From Mobula hypostoma (lineage: Eukaryota), in the NCBI RefSeq assembly GCF_963921235.1, contig NC_086108.1:84756001-84820000 (forward strand): 64,000 nucleotides of DNA, given 5' to 3'. The stretch's first letter is position 1; each line of letters starts with the position of its first letter. Positions 13,031-26,874 of this stretch are shown one piece after another. The translations under genes were made by a program, and so were the position numbers. The notes under the pieces were generated by a model. The model did no database searches and was not told the origin of the DNA. It saw only the letters and a program-made list of their open reading frames with translations.

Positions 13031-13789
13031 TATCTCTTGATTTCCTAACTATTCAATGATCTATTGATCTCTATCTTGAACTACGATGCTGCAACCATTA
13101 TAGAAAATTGACTGTTAGAGAAAGCAGGACTGACAACTCAACAACCCAGGCTTCAGATGTATCAGACAAGATAGACCTCCCTCCAGCCAGTGGGGGACAG
13201 GAGACCAAACATGTTGACTTATAACGGACAGATGTAAAAACAACAGGCTTCTTTGCAGTGGGTGATTTTCACTTACCTAATACAGATGGTGAGTCAGCTT
13301 CCTAAACTTCACATATGCTTTAATGCCAGGGGCTTAAACGGGGCAGAATTTATTAGGCATCACCAGAAGGGTTCCTCGATCTACTACATAGTTATCCTAA
13401 CTTGAGTTGAGTTTGACAAGGTGATTGGAGTTTCAGAATAGTGGACATTGTTCCGTATGTTTTAAGATAACTCTGAATAAGGATCAGGTTGGCACGCAGG
13501 TGAACTTGAGTAAAGGCAAATTAACATCAGTATTAGGCGAAAATAGGGGAAAGTAGATTGAAAGTGGCTTCTCGAGGTTATCTGACATGTGGAAGTTTTT
13601 TTATACACTAGCAGGAAAGAATTCAGGATTAATATGTTTCTGTGAGGATGAAAGATAGGATACTGCAGATCGGGGACCTTGAAAGACAAGAAATATTGAA
13701 CATTTAATTAGAAAGGAAATGAAAGAATATGTAAGCTTTCAGAAGCTGAAATTTGCCAAGGCCCATGAGGAACATAAGGAAGCAGGAAA

Positions 13790-14600
13790 TATAATGCCCT
13801 GTTTAAGATTTTTACTATTATACTGTAGATATTTCATTTTAACAGTTCTGTAACAGCAGTTTGTTCTGCTTTTAGCGTGTTTGGGTTTGAGCTAACGATA
13901 AGGAGCTATGATGTTCAACATAGGAACGTTGTGTCAGCCAGTCAGGATGGAGGAATTGGGAGAAGGTTCTGGATAACGCTGGACAGAGAAGTTTTTGTGA
14001 CAGACACTGATATGGGTCGAGGTCTTTTGGTGGTAGCTGGGAGGAGACAGGTGGAAAGATGGTTGAGGATGCCATCCCTGTTCACAAGGTTCTTTGTGCA
14101 AATGAAGAGCTTCCAGGAAGAAGGACCAATACTCTAGTGGGGGAGCCCATTGTTCAAGATGGATTTCAAGTGACCATCGGAAGGTGGTGTGTGCTTTCAC
14201 GCAGTCTGTGGATCCCACATTTATGTGCTCCAATTGACGTGCACATTTGGATTGGGTTAACTGTAATAGCCCGTTTTTATTTGTTTTCTTTCCTTTTTCC
14301 TACTGTTCAATAAAACTGAAATTTGTAATTATACTTTCTTTATAATTGTACGCAGTGTACGATCTGTTATTTCTTGCTGATGGCTAATTGCATGGAGGCA
14401 GTACTTACACATTATTCGCACAGACCGGGGTTTGGATGGTCGAGACATCTTAACTTCTCGGTTTTGTTGGGACCCAAGTCATACCGATCCTAGACGTACA
14501 GAGTTTGGGAAAGGTGGTCTTCTCAACAGAGTCCACTGGCTGTTAGTGAGGGGCTAGTGAGCCTTGTCTCTAGAGACGCCCAGTAAAAAGGGGCTTCACA
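13790..14600 (+). mobile_element. Probable solo LTR (811 bp)
   Basis: Ends TATAATGCCC...GGGCTTCACA (imperfect inverted, TG..CA-like); AGGAAA direct repeat at 13784-13789 and 14601-14606; internal AATAAA near 14309; interrupts CR1. Confidence 0.6.
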
Positions 14601-14629
14601 AGGAAATAAGAGGGCTAAAAGGCACCATG

Positions 14630-14928
14630 CGGCCAAGTGGTTAAGGCATCAGTCTAGTGATCTGAAGGTCGCTAGTTCGAGTCTCAGCTGAGGCAGCGTG
14701 TGTGTCCTTGAGCAAGGCACTTAATCACACATTGCTCTGCGACGACACCAGTGCCAAGCTGTATCGGCTCTAGCGCCCTTCCCTTGGACAACATCGGTGG
14801 CGTGGAGAGGGGAGACTTGCAGCATGGGCAACTGCTGGTCTTCCATTCAACCTTGCCCAGGCCTGCACCCTGGAAACCTTCCAAGGTGCAAATCCATGGT
14901 CTCACAGGACTAATGGATACCTATAAAC
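14630..14928 (+). mobile_element. tRNA-derived SINE
   Basis: A-box-like GGCCAAGTGG, B-box-like GTTCGAGTC, CORE/V-like GTGTCCTTGAGCAAGGCACTTAA; TSD GGCACCATG at 14621-14629 and 14929-14937. Confidence 0.85.
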
Positions 14929-15539
14929 GGCACCATGAGGTGTCCTTGGTGGATTAAGGAGAATTTCAATTTTTTTTTTACATATAGTCGGTGCATGATG
15001 GTAGCTAGCTAAAGGGTTAAAGACAAAGGAGCTAGAGGAAACGAGTGAGGTTTTAAATGAGTACTTTGCATTGGTATTCACCAAGGCAAAGGACATGGCT
15101 GATAGTGAGATCATGAAGGGGAATGTTGATATTCTAGCAAGTACCATAACTGGGTAGAGAAGTTGGGTGTTTTGAAAAGGTTAAAGTTAGATAAGTCTGC
15201 AGGGCATGATGGAATCCAAATTAGGATATTGAAAGAGAAAAGGAAGGAAATTGCTGTGGCTTTGACAGAGTTCTTTGTATCTCCTAATCACATGTGAGGT
15301 CACAGATGACTGGAGCCAATATTATTTCTTTGTTTAAGAAGGGCAAGGGGGATAATCCACCCTCTGAGTCTTACATTAGTGGTAGGGAAATTGTTGGAGA
15401 AGATTCCCAAGGATAAGATTTACTCACATTTGGAAAAGCATGGACTCATTCCAGATAATCAGCATAGCTTTGTGTATGGGAGGACTTGTCTCACAAATTT
15501 TGAGTAGTTTGAGGAGACGATGAAGGTACAGCAATAGAC

Positions 15540-16730
15540 GCAACACACACAAAATACTGGAGGAACTCAGCATGTTGGGCAGCATTTGTGGAAACGAATA
15601 AAGAGTCAACATTTCAGGCCAAGACCCTTCTTCAGGATTGGGAAGGAAGGGGGAAGAAGCCAGAATAAAAAGGTGGGGGAAGGGGAAGGAGCACTAGCTA
15701 GAAGGTGCTGGGTGAAGCCAGGCAGGTGGAAAAGGTACAGAGCTGGAGAAGAAGGAATATGATAGGAAAGTGGACCATGGGAGAAAGGGAACAAGGAGCC
15801 GTACCTGGGGCAGGTGATAGGCAGGCGAGGAGAAGAGGCAAGAGGCCATAGAATGGGGAACGGGGAAGGAAAAAAATATACCGGAAGGATAAATTGATGT
15901 TCATGCCATCAGGTTGGAGGCTACCTAGATCGAATACGAGGTGTTGCTCCTCCAACCTGCGAGTGGCCTCATTAAGGCAAAAGAGGAGGCCATGGACCAA
16001 CACATAATGTAAATGGGGATAGGAATTAAAATGGTTGGTCACTGGGAAATTCCACTTTTGGCTGATGGAGTGAAGCTGCTCGACAAGGTGGTCTCCTAAT
16101 TTACATCAGGTCTCACCAACGTAGAGGAGGCCACAACTGGAGCACTGGATACAATGATGACCCCCAACAGATTCACAGGTGAAGTGCTGCCTCACCTGGA
16201 AGAACTGTCTGGGGCCGTGAATGGAAGAAAGGGAAGAGGCGTGGGTATCTGTAGCATATCTGTCACTTACGGAGATATGTGTCAGGAGGAAGATTAGTGG
16301 GTAGGGATAAATGGACAAAGGAATGATGGAGGGAGCATTTCCTGCGGAAAGCAGAGAGTGGGGGTGCGGGGTGGGAATTAAGGTGTGTTTGGTGGTAGAA
16401 TCCCGTTGAAGGTGGCAGAAGTTACGGAGAATGATGTGTTAGATGTGGAGGCTGTTGGGGTGGTAGGTGAAGTCAAGAGGAACTCTATTCCTGCTAAGGT
16501 GATGGGAAGATGGGGTGAGTGTGTTTGTCCAGGAAATGAAAGAGAAGCAGCATCAGTGGTAGAGGAATGGATACATTGTTCTTTGGAGGAGGAAGATGAT
16601 TATTTCTGATGTCCTAGAAGGGAAAGCCACATCCTGGGATTAGGTGTAGTAAAGATGAAGGAACTGAGAAAAGTGGATAGCATTTTTACAGGACACAGGG
16701 TGAGAAGAGGTATAGTCAAGATGGTTACAC
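15540..16730 (-). mobile_element. Penelope-like element 3' portion (GIY-YIG remnant and pLTR), older copy
   Basis: ORFs 16106..16318 (CSSCGLLYVGET) and 15698..16042 (RRLEEQHLVFDLGSLQPDGMNI); degenerate hammerhead at 15604-15640. Confidence 0.8.
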
Positions 16731-17262
16731 TGAATTAGTACTTAAGTTATAGCCATAGAACAATAGAAGTTGTCTTCATCTGACTATCTGACAAGGATCC
16801 CCCATGATAGGCTGAACCAGGATATTAACTCACTTAGAATCCATAGAGAGTTGGCAAGTTGGATACAAAGTTGACTCCATCAAAGACAGACAATAGTGCT
16901 GGAAGTCTATGACCAGCGGAGTTCCCAGGAATCAGTGCTGGGATCTCCGTTGTTTGTAACATGTACAAATAATTTAGATCAAAATATTGATAGGTTGATA
17001 AATAAATCTGCAAGTAACTTGAAAATCAGTGGAGTGAGGAAGGTTGTCAAAGGATTCAGCATATATAAATCAGTTGGAAATCTGAGCCGAAAAATAGCAG
17101 ATGGAGTTTAATCCAAACAAGCGTGAGATAATGCATTTTGGGAGATTAGTTGCGAGAGGAAATTATGCAGTGAGTAGTAGGACCTTTTAGAGATTTGTTT
17201 GATAGAGGCATCTTGGGGTACAAGTGGATAGCTCTCTGAAAGTGGTCAGGGTGGTTAAAAAG

Positions 17263-17802
17263 GGGTATACATGGCAAAAGACACCTTTACGAGAATGAAG
17301 AGTATACTGATCAACACTAAACTAGGCATGACAACCTGCCTCAGAGCACTGAAATATTACGTTTATCCGGTTGTGTTATATGGCTCAGAATGTTGGACAA
17401 TATCTAGTAACATCAGGAAACGAATTGAAGCAGCAGAGATGTGGTTTTTGAGGAGGATGCAAAGAATATCATGGATGAAACGAATATATAATGAGGATGT
17501 CATGAATAAAACAAGCACAAAAAGAGAAATAATGTATGAGACCATGAAAAGGCAACGTGACTTCATTGGACATATAATTAGGAAAGAGGAGTTAGAATGC
17601 ATGGTAATTATGGGAAAGATTGAAGGGAAGAAAGCAAGAGGAAGGCAAAGACAAATGATGATGGAGACAATAGCCAGAGAACTGGAAATGAATACCAGTG
17701 AACTGATCCACTTGACCCGAAACAGGAGTGTGTGGGCCATGGCAGTCAAAGCTCAAACTGGGCATGGCACCTGATGATGATGATGATGATGATAATAATG
17801 AT
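17263..17802 (+). mobile_element. RTE-clade LINE 3' end with (GAT)n tail
   Basis: ORF 17271..17774 LYGSECWT...AAEMWFLRRM..ISW...GKIEGKKARGR; (GAT)n at 17772-17802. Confidence 0.85.
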
Positions 17803-19008
17803 AAACAGACACAGCTCTTAGCTAAATACTTTGTAGAAGGAGCATTGCTCTGACTCTTCACTTTGATCGAAGCCATCAATTCAGCACCATTAAACCATAT
17901 TAGCATATTTACTGTTTAAAAATGCTCACTCTTCTTAATTAGTCCTGCAAATGTAACAAAATGCCCTATTGAAATTCTACCTCTAACTTCTCCAGCTATG
18001 CTGATTCAAAATTTTAAGTGTTGCTTTACACTTTACATGTAAAAACATGGTTTTAAAGGGGCTAAATATGAAAATACAATGTAGATAACATGTTATGAAA
18101 ATAATGGTATCTTCACAACAAACATGCTCTACTGAAATATGAAAAGCATCCATGCTGCTAACCTTACTTGTTCCTGGAAGTTTTAGATTCAGCTTAGAAA
18201 ATTCCAACTTTGGGAATCAAAATTCATGTAATTACTTGATACCAAGGTAAAAGGACTTAGATTCACTATCAAGATTCGAAGATAGTACAGTGAGTGGATT
18301 ACAGACTTCTAAGGGGGAAAAGTATTTATCATGTTCAAAAAGTTTGAATGGGAATGAAATATGAAGTTGTGAGAGATGTGGTTTGTGAATTACCAAGGAA
18401 CATAAATTCAGTTTGTAACAAAAACAGGAAGGTGGAGATTGGGTATTCTTTTTGCAGTTTTAAGAATGAAACATATTACCAGAAACTGAATCAAATGATG
18501 CAAATGTAAGGAGATTTGTGAAAATAAAATAAAATGTTATTTGAAAATGGATAAAATATTGTTCCAATTAAATCAGTACAAATTGTGGCATAAAGTAGCT
18601 AGATTTTGTACTGATATTTCTGTGACACTACAATTATTTTCTTTTTGGAATTCTTTGATATATAAAGCAGAATGACACATCTAATAACAACTCTAGCACA
18701 GAATTGACCTAATTTTGTTACGTTCTAGGTTCTTTGTCACTGTCTTACCTTTTTGATCGGCTTTGCTATCACAGAGATGTGCAAATAAAGTGGGGAAGGA
18801 ACTAATCTCAGAATGAACGAGGCTTTTCCAGCTGAACCTCAATTAGATATAATGTAAAAGGATACAACTTAGAAAACAGCATGTATTTAATATTTTCAAT
18901 TTACATGAATAGTTTCTACCAAATATACCTGAAGATGAAGGTTCCATACATAAACTGATCTAAATAAATTTCAAAGTCTGAAGCCTTTATGGTAGCTGCA
19001 GTACTCAC

Positions 19009-19294
19009 CTTGAATTCTAATTCCATGGCTGTAACTGTCTCTGCTGGTGGAACCTGACCGAGTTTCTGTATGTGGGCAAAGAGACTTCTTGCTGGAACTT
19101 CTGTATTTCCACATGTTGCTGCCTCAAGGAGGGCCTCATGAATGAAGATATACTGATCTTCTGTCTGAACCATGTAATTTCGCTGTGCTCTCATGCAGGT
19201 GACATGACCATAGATATCCACTGTCTTTTCATGTTTAATTCGTTCCAGCATGGCATCAATCACGACAAAGCAGCCAGTTCGACCCACCCCAGCA
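19009..19294 (-). CDS. PTPRF: PTPRF exon, end of D1 and linker ([10 protein letters not shown]...MVQTEDQY...VTAMELEFK)
   Basis: ttcgtag| 286 nt |gtgagt. [23 protein letters not shown] and VTAMELEFK favour PTPRF over PTPRD/PTPRS. Confidence 0.96.
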
Positions 19295-19442
19295 CTACGA
19301 AAAGGGAGAAAAGTCAACATGAAATGATAAGCTGTTATTAGTAGTTTTCATTCATTGAAAGTAGTCCAACATCTGTAAATAGTTCTAAAGAATATTCAGG
19401 ATGTCAGACTTGGTTCTTTACTAGTATTTAATCTCAAATAAC

Positions 19443-19960
19443 AATTTATTTTTAATAGAACCTTTAACTTAGGAAAATGCCTTGAGGCACCTCCGAGAAA
19501 TGTTAGCAAACAAAATTTGACATCAAGCCACACACGAAGTCATTGGGGTAGACATTCAAAGGCATAGTCAAAGGGATGATATTAAGAAGTGTCATGAAAG
19601 AGAAATGAGGGATAGAGAGGTGCAGAGATTTAGGCAGAGAATTCCAGAGCTTCAGGCCTCATCAGCTAAAGGCACACACAGCTAGCAATGGCGAAATAAT
19701 TAAATTTAGTGATCATCAAAGTTGCACAGACATTCGAGAGCTGTCATAGTAAGATTACAAAATAACAGGGAGAGGTTCAGTGATATTTAAAAACACAGCA
19801 TGTCAATTTAATTGATGTACTGCTTATTTGGAAACCAATAATGGTCAAAATACACAGGAAAAGGACAAAAGCAGCACAGTTTTGGATGGCTTTAAGTTTC
19901 GTGAGTTTTTTGAGGCTAGCAAGTAATTTTTCTGCAATAATCATGTCTTGAATTTACAAA
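19443..19960 (-). mobile_element. Ancient L2-like LINE 3' fragment (approximate)
   Basis: Degenerate similarity to L2-type 3' ends (TTTA..ATAG..CCTTTAAC...AGGCAC; GAATTCCAGAGCTT...CAGCTAAAGGCAC), recognised from memory only. Confidence 0.4.
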
Positions 19961-21652
19961 GGCATTGATAGAACCTTGAACAACATGTAAGCGATGCAGA
20001 GTTGAACATCATCTCAAATGTTTAAAGAAATCTGTAAAAGATAAACAGAAAATGCTATAAAATCTCAGCTGTTCAGACGGTGCCGGTTGATGGGTTGACG
20101 GAAGCAGTTAAAGAAAAACTGAAAAAAGGAAAATAGTTGGCATTTTAATAATTCTTCATTCCACCATCACAAAGAATGCGAATTTTGTGATGAAACAAAC
20201 TCCCAAAGACAGGGGATAACATTTTATTTGTTTCTTCAATTTTTTTTACAGCATGGAACCACTTTACCTAACTCGCTCTTCTCAACTTAGTTTAGACTTC
20301 CTCAATGTGCTATAGACCACTTTTTGATTATAACTGAAGCACTCTTATATTTGAGATCACCTTTACAATTGGGACTGACAGATACATAGCACAGCTCTGG
20401 GTAATTTGAACTTTGTTTTTGCCCTCTCTAGGCAATCACCTAATTTCAACTCAATTATGAAAACGATAATGGAAATAAGTGATTAATAATCCCATTGTAG
20501 CAACGTAAGGTTTGCCAGCAATAAATTTAAAAATAAAATTGCAGTATAGTACAGCTGAGTTAATTACTGGTTGAATTTAGCATGTTCAATACCCAAAGAT
20601 TAAAAGTTAAATGAAGTCCTGAGGCTCTAAATGTCAAGGCTGTGAAATATTTTTTTTAAAAAAACACAGAAAAATGTATCAGATTCACAATGAATTAATT
20701 TCTTTAGTACTTATTCCAGTAAGACAACACATCAAACTGGAAAACCAGTGAAAAAGATGAGCCCCTCGATGCCAATTTATAGCATACTGTAAAAAAAGAT
20801 TGTGACTTAATCTGTAAGGATATAAAATTTTATTTCCCTCGCATTGGAGGAAAAAGTGGAAAGAAAATTAAGTATTGTAATCACAAACTTCATGCCACAG
20901 TATGCTGCATATTTTTATGTAAAATTGTATTTTGCAATTGACAGTTTTTTAATTTTAAAATAACGCAAAGTTACATTTGTAATCTAAAACAATAAAAATA
21001 GATTGTAACCACTCTGCACCAATTCGGAGAAAGAAGGTACTTTTCACCCTTTCACACAAACATCTACTCCATGTGATCACCACCAAACTTCCAAATACTA
21101 ACCCCATGATCCCACCAAAGTTAACCCTCTATTGCAAAACATTACAGAGCCACTTTCTCTTGGCATATTTTAAATTTTGGAACATCCATTACCATTCTTT
21201 ATTTTCTCCCTTTACTGTCATTCATTTCCCTACATTGTGCTTCCCTTTACTTGTGCCACGCACTTGTGCTAAAAGGTTGGCTAGACTCTAATCCAAAAGA
21301 TGATAATTTATCATTGTGACATTTCAAAAGTTTGATGGCTGAGATTAGCCTGAGTATAATGTACACAAGAGCTTCTGTTTACATTTATAATTATTAGTAT
21401 CCCTCATTGTCAATGTCTACTATTAGAGCATGGAGTAAAACTACAGAAAAAAAAACTTGTTCTGAGTCCAAGACTGAGGGGCTGATTATTCTCAGAAAGT
21501 GCTAAATTCCAAGTAGTTTAAAGTTACCATGAAATTCAAATGGCTAGCAATCCCATCTAGTTAAATGCAAGTTCATAAACATTCAACATCCTTACTGTTT
21601 CCCTCATTTTATAGCATTAAGAAAATTCTGTAATAATTTCAGATTTGTGCAC

Positions 21653-21807
21653 CTGCAGTGAACCACCATAGGACCGGCATCCGGTGGATTGCATGCTTTG
21701 ACTCTCCTCAAGAAGGCCAATATTGGAGTAGGGTATTCTGGAACACCATGGTCTGGCCAAGCCATGAACTGGAACTGTCGCACTTCTCGCTTCTCACTTG
21801 AACCATT
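21653..21807 (-). CDS. PTPRF: PTPRF exon, PTP D1 WPD loop and catalytic Cys ([51 protein letters not shown])
   Basis: ttccttaacag| 155 nt |gtgcac. WPDHGVP and VVHC motifs; ends in phase 2. Confidence 0.96.
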
Positions 21808-22130
21808 CTGTTAAGGAAAGAGGATTTCTAAGCTGAATTGTGAACAAAAGCTACAAAAAAAAACGTAGTGTATCTTATGTTCAGGGACAGTAACCACACC
21901 ATTTAATATACCTTTCTACAAATGCATTACTTGAAAGCAAAAAGAGTAAGCATTTCTATTTGGCTGCTGAACTGGCTGTAAGGATTAGAGCTTCCTTTAA
22001 ATCCTCATTAATCCATAATTCAAGTGCAATGAAAAGCAGATTAGGGGAAATACCCCTTGCTGATCACATCTAACTTTGAACACATATAACGACAAGATTC
22101 ACATGGACAACATAAAAAAGGCTGTTATAC

Positions 22131-22250
22131 CTTATAAAGTGCAAATGTTCGGACAGAATATGTGGCTAGCTCCACTATATCCAAAAGGGTGACTTGAATC
22201 ATTCCATAAGTCTCTGTTCCTCGACACGGCCAATATTGATCACATTTCAC
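22131..22250 (-). CDS. PTPRF: PTPRF exon, PTP D1 ([40 protein letters not shown])
   Basis: tttttcatag| 120 nt |gtataa. KCxxYWP motif; not in the ORF track, read manually. Confidence 0.95.
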
Positions 22251-22619
22251 CTATGAAAAATATGATGACTGGTTAAGAATGTTTAAAGCACGGGAATCAG
22301 GAAGAAGCAAATAGTTACTAGTCAATGCAGCTTTTTATACTTAAAGGCAAAATTGCAATAGTTATTTGCCCATTGACATTTCATTTAACCTATTAGTTTC
22401 TGTATATGAAAGCACATAAGTACAATAGAAACACAATTTTTTGAGTGTGATTCATTGTCATTTATCTATTATATAGCGAGGACTACAAAGCCAATAAATA
22501 TTTTTTGAAGCACACTTTAGTATTACTAATATTACATAACATTAAGTCTTCAATGGGGTCCGCCTCAATAACTGAAATACAAAAAGCTCAAATCAAATGT
22601 CAGTATTTTAAAAAAAAAA

Positions 22620-23524
22620 TTCAATATGTAAGTTTGCAGACGACACAAAGGTTGGTGGTGTTGTAGATAGTGTAGATGATTGTCAAAGGTTGCAGAGAGA
22701 CATTGATAGGATGCAGAAGTGGGCTGAGAAGTGGCAGATGGAGTTCAACCCGGAGAAGTGTGAGGTGGTACACTTTGGAAGGACAAATTCCAAGGCAGAG
22801 TACAAAGTAAATGGCAGGATACTTGGTAGTATGGAGGAGCAGAGGGTTCTGGGGGTACATGTCCACAGATCCCTGAAAGTTGCCTCATAGGTGGATAGGG
22901 TAGTTAAGAAAGCTTATGGGGTGTTAGCTTTCATAAGTCGAGGGATAGAGTTTAAGAGTCGCGATGTAATGATGCAGCTCTATAAAACTCTGGTTAGGCC
23001 ACACTTGGAGTACTGTGTCCAGTTCTGGTCACCTCACTATAGGAAGGATGTGGAAGCATTGGAAAGGGTACAGAGGAGATCTACCAGGATGCTGCCTGGT
23101 TTAGAAAGTATGCATTATGATCAGAGATTAAGGGAGCTAGAGCTTTACTCTTTGGAGAGAAGGAGGATGAGAGGAGACATGATAGAGGTGTACAAGATAA
23201 TAAGAGGAATAGATAGAGTGGATAGCCAGCGCCTCTTCCCCAGGGCACCACTGCTCAATACAAGAGGACATGGCTTTGAGGTAAGGGGTGGGAAGTTCAA
23301 GGGGGATATTAGAGGAAGTTTTTTTTACTCAGAGAGTGGTTGGTGCGTGGAATGCACTGCCTGAGTCAGTGGTGGAGGCAGATACACTAGTGAAGTTTAA
23401 GAGACTACTAGACAGGTATATGGAGGAATTTAAGGTGGGAGCTTATATGGGAGGCAGGGTTTGAGGGTCGGCACAACATTGTGGGCCGAAGGGCCTGTAC
23501 TGTGCTGTACTATTCTATGTTCTA
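22620..23524 (+). mobile_element. CR1 LINE 3' end
   Basis: KFADDTK; ORFs 22690..22890 and 22891..23364 (VRPHLEYCVQFWSP); TATTCTATGTTCTA tail. Confidence 0.9.
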
Positions 23525-25280
23525 ACACTTTTTATTACCAAAGAGCTTAGTGACTATTTCTGCACAAGGCCACTGCTTTATGTGCCACACCCACTGCCCA
23601 CATACTCACATTTAGCAAATTTAAAAATTGCAACTCACATTCAAAATTCTATATGTGAAATACAACATAGCTATGTTTCCTAATCTGGTATAACCAGAAT
23701 AGAAGAAATCCACAAACTACAGTAACAGAATGCAAGACCATATGAAAATATCTTGCTTCAGTTACATAGCAATGTCTGGTCTAAAGAAGGAAAGAGAATG
23801 TTTAAATCAAACCATTCCCCTTAGGACAAAAAAAAATGGAAAAGGAAGATTCAGGCAAAGATCTTACTCAACTGGCAGCATACCAAGAGACTTGTACTTT
23901 GTTAAATGAGCTACAATTTAAGGATGAGAGAAGATCTCATTTCCTTTCATGTTCAGTAATGTGTTAATTCCAACAGATTCTGGAGATTTGCAAAGTGGCA
24001 GTTTTTGACACAATTCAAGTATCAACAAGATCTATTCGTCACAAGATGTAAATAGAATTAAACAAACTAAGCATTGGCAAACTTGAGAGGAAGTAAACAA
24101 GAATGAACTTCAAAATAAACTTTGAGGTGTTTCTGCTTCCTCAAAAACATACAAATAGGAATTAACTCAACAAAACTAAATGAGAATAAATAAGAGCATT
24201 TTGTCTGTCTTTGCATATTTAATACATAGAAATAAAGATATCTGTTTTATTTTATGTATACCTGGACTCGAAGGTTTATGTTACAATTAGTTGTTTAGAG
24301 GATATAGCAAAGGGGCAATATTTCATTTGGCCCCTTGGGTGGGTAACTGGGTCTTTCAGTATTTAAAAAAATACGTTCAGGGTATATGTGTGTCACAGAC
24401 AAGGGGTAGCATTAAAACATCCAAAGATGTTAGTGGGATGTAGCTACAATATATTTTTGGTTTGATTTTCTGTTACACAGATTATACTTTTTGTAGTAAG
24501 ATTCCAGTTTTGTGCTCAACAGCCTGAAAAATGCTCCAAATTATAAAAGGGGAGAAAAACCCTTATGTTTTTAATAAATACAAAGTACTGTATAACTTTA
24601 CCAATTGCATTTCTTAAAAAGCCACATACTTCTGAGAACTTAGTTGAATTGTCTTAGAACCTATACCAATTATGATTAGAATAATTTTACTGGCACTTCA
24701 GTAAATTGCAATTTTATAGCTGAAGAAAGTTTTTTTTAAAGATGGGAAGTATTTCATAATTAGTATTTTACAGTTCCACACTACCACTAATGACACATAA
24801 AATGATTTAGATTTGCTAGAAAAGCAAAAATAATTTTCTCAGAGGAATGATAATAGCTTTAAAATTGATTATGCTCACCCTAAAAGCACTTTATACCCTT
24901 GTAGTTCAGAAAAACATACAACTCTAGAGTTACTTATGAAACCCCCCTTTCACTGTGCGTCTCCGGAAATGCGACTCATTAGCGCCTCTCTAGCAGCTAT
25001 TAGATTCCACGGCGAGAAACCCACCTTTCTCAGGCTTCTTACATCTTGGGTGTATATGACCTAGGTCCCACCAAATGTCTCACCCACCTAAACCCTGGCT
25101 TGTGTGAATGCTGTGTGATTTACTGCCCCCGGCAATGGCCCAACATCAAGAAATAACAGATTGTATACTGCATACAATTAATAAGTATATTTAAGAATGT
25201 TAACTTAACCAAACAGTTATTAAAAGGAAAGAGAAAAAACAAAAAAGGCCCATTGTACTTAAACAGTTACATGTGCACAT

Positions 25281-26735
25281 GGAAGACCAGAGAGGTCATG
25301 TTGTACCTTTGTTTAGAAGGGCAGCAGTGATGAGCCAGGCAACTACAGACAGGTGAATCTTACTTCAATGGTGGGAAAATCTTAGAATTCTACAGCATGC
25401 AAACAGGCCAAGTCCCTACCAAACTATTATTCTGCCGAGACCCATCGACCTGCACCTGAATCATAACCTTCTATACTCCTTCCCATCTATGTCCCTATCC
25501 AAATTTCTTTTAAATATTGAAAACAAACCTACATCCACCACTCCTGCTGACAGTTTGTCTCACACTTTCACCACCTTTAGAGTGAAGAAGTTCCTTCTCA
25601 TGTTCCCCTTAAACATTTAAGTTATTGGAAGGAATTCTGAGAGAGAGGATTTGTTTGCATTTGGAATGGGATGGACTGATTAGGGATAGTTGGCATGGCT
25701 TTGTGCATGGAGAATCATGTATTATAAATATGACTGAAACTTTTTGAAAAGGTAACCGAAAAGATAGACAAAGGCTGGATGGCAGATACTGACTACATGA
25801 ACTTCAGCAAGGCCTTTGACAAGGTGATGAAAGGTCTCTACCTGAAACGTCGACTGTTTATTAATTTCCATAGAAGCTGCCTGACCTGCTGAGTTCTGCC
25901 AGCTTTTTGTGTGTGTTGCTTTGACAAGGCTTTGCTTGGGAGGTTGGTCACGAAGGTTAGAACAGATGAGAGCCAGCTGAAAGGATATAAAACAGGCTTG
26001 GTGGTGCAAGGCATGGGAGGGAATGGAGGATTGGTGCTGGATCCCTGCGTTGTTTGTTATGTACTATATATTAATGATTTGGATGAGAATGTACGTGGCA
26101 TAATTTAGTAAGTTTACACGATACATAAAAATGTAGGCAGTGAAAAAGAGTCTAAAGTTACAACAGGATCTGGATCTACTTGAAAGTGGGTAATGGAACA
26201 GCAAACAGAATTTAACTCAGACACACGCAATTTGATGCATTTTGTACAGTAAAACCAAGACAACAAATATCAGGGCCCTGGGAAGTACTGTTGAACAGAG
26301 TGATGTAAAGGTCCAAGCAAATTGTTCTCTAAATGTGACACAGCCTCAAGATTTGGGGGAGTAGATTTGGGACAGAGATGAGGAGAAACTGCTTTTCTCA
26401 GAGAGTGGTGATTCTGTGAAATTCTCTGCCCAATGAAGCAGTGGAATATACTTAAGACAAGGTTGGTTAGATTTTTGCACAGTAGGGGAATTAAGGGTTA
26501 TGGGGAAAAGGTCGGAAGTGGAGATGAGTCCATGGCCAAATCAACCATGATCTTATTGAATGGCGGAGCAGGCTCGACGGGCCAGATGGCCTACTCCTGC
26601 TCCTAATCCTATTTCTTGTGTTATGTGGCAACATCGATGGACATTGTGTGAAGAAGCTGAATGGCTAGTTTGTCTTCTTTGGCCAAAGAAATGAACATAA
26701 TACAGTTCTATAAAACATTTGTTAGGCTGCACTTG
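25281..26735 (+). mobile_element. Mosaic of degenerate CR1 fragments, including an inverted piece (~25385-25620) and a nested 3' end (~26345-26625)
   Basis: FSKAFDK and YINDLDE remnants; CR1-type 3' end GGAGCAGGCTCGACGGGCCAGATGGCCTACTCCTGCTCC. Confidence 0.65.
25825..25918 (+). mobile_element. 94-bp Penelope pLTR-derived insertion with truncated hammerhead
   Basis: 11-bp TSD CTTTGACAAGG (25814-25824, 25919-25929); TGATGA..AGGTCTCTACCT-GAAACGTCGAC. Confidence 0.75.
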
Positions 26736-26874
26736 ACTACGACTGGCACATCTTTGGCATGCGAGAGGAAATGGGAACACCCGGTGGAAATCCATGTGTT
26801 CACGGGGAGGATGCGTACAAATTCCTTACGGACAGCGCCAGAATTGACAGCCCGAGCTGTAATGGTGTTGCACT

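Larger units (their letters stand above)
13250..17262 (+). mobile_element. Old, degenerate CR1 LINE fragmented by nested insertions (boundaries approximate)
   Basis: Collinear CR1 ORF2 remnants at about 13250-13789, 14938-15530 and 16760-17262 (e.g. TTAAATGAGTACTTTGCATTGGTATTCAC, CAGCATAGCTTTGTG, GCAGATGGAGTTTAATCC). Confidence 0.65.

Noticed and set aside
14630..14700. tRNA-like sequence (also near 53250-53316)
   Set aside because: These are SINE heads with TSDs and bodies; I could not build a complete cloverleaf.
24928..25280. Possible LTR fragment with a CpG-rich start
   Set aside because: I could not identify a second terminus or TSD.
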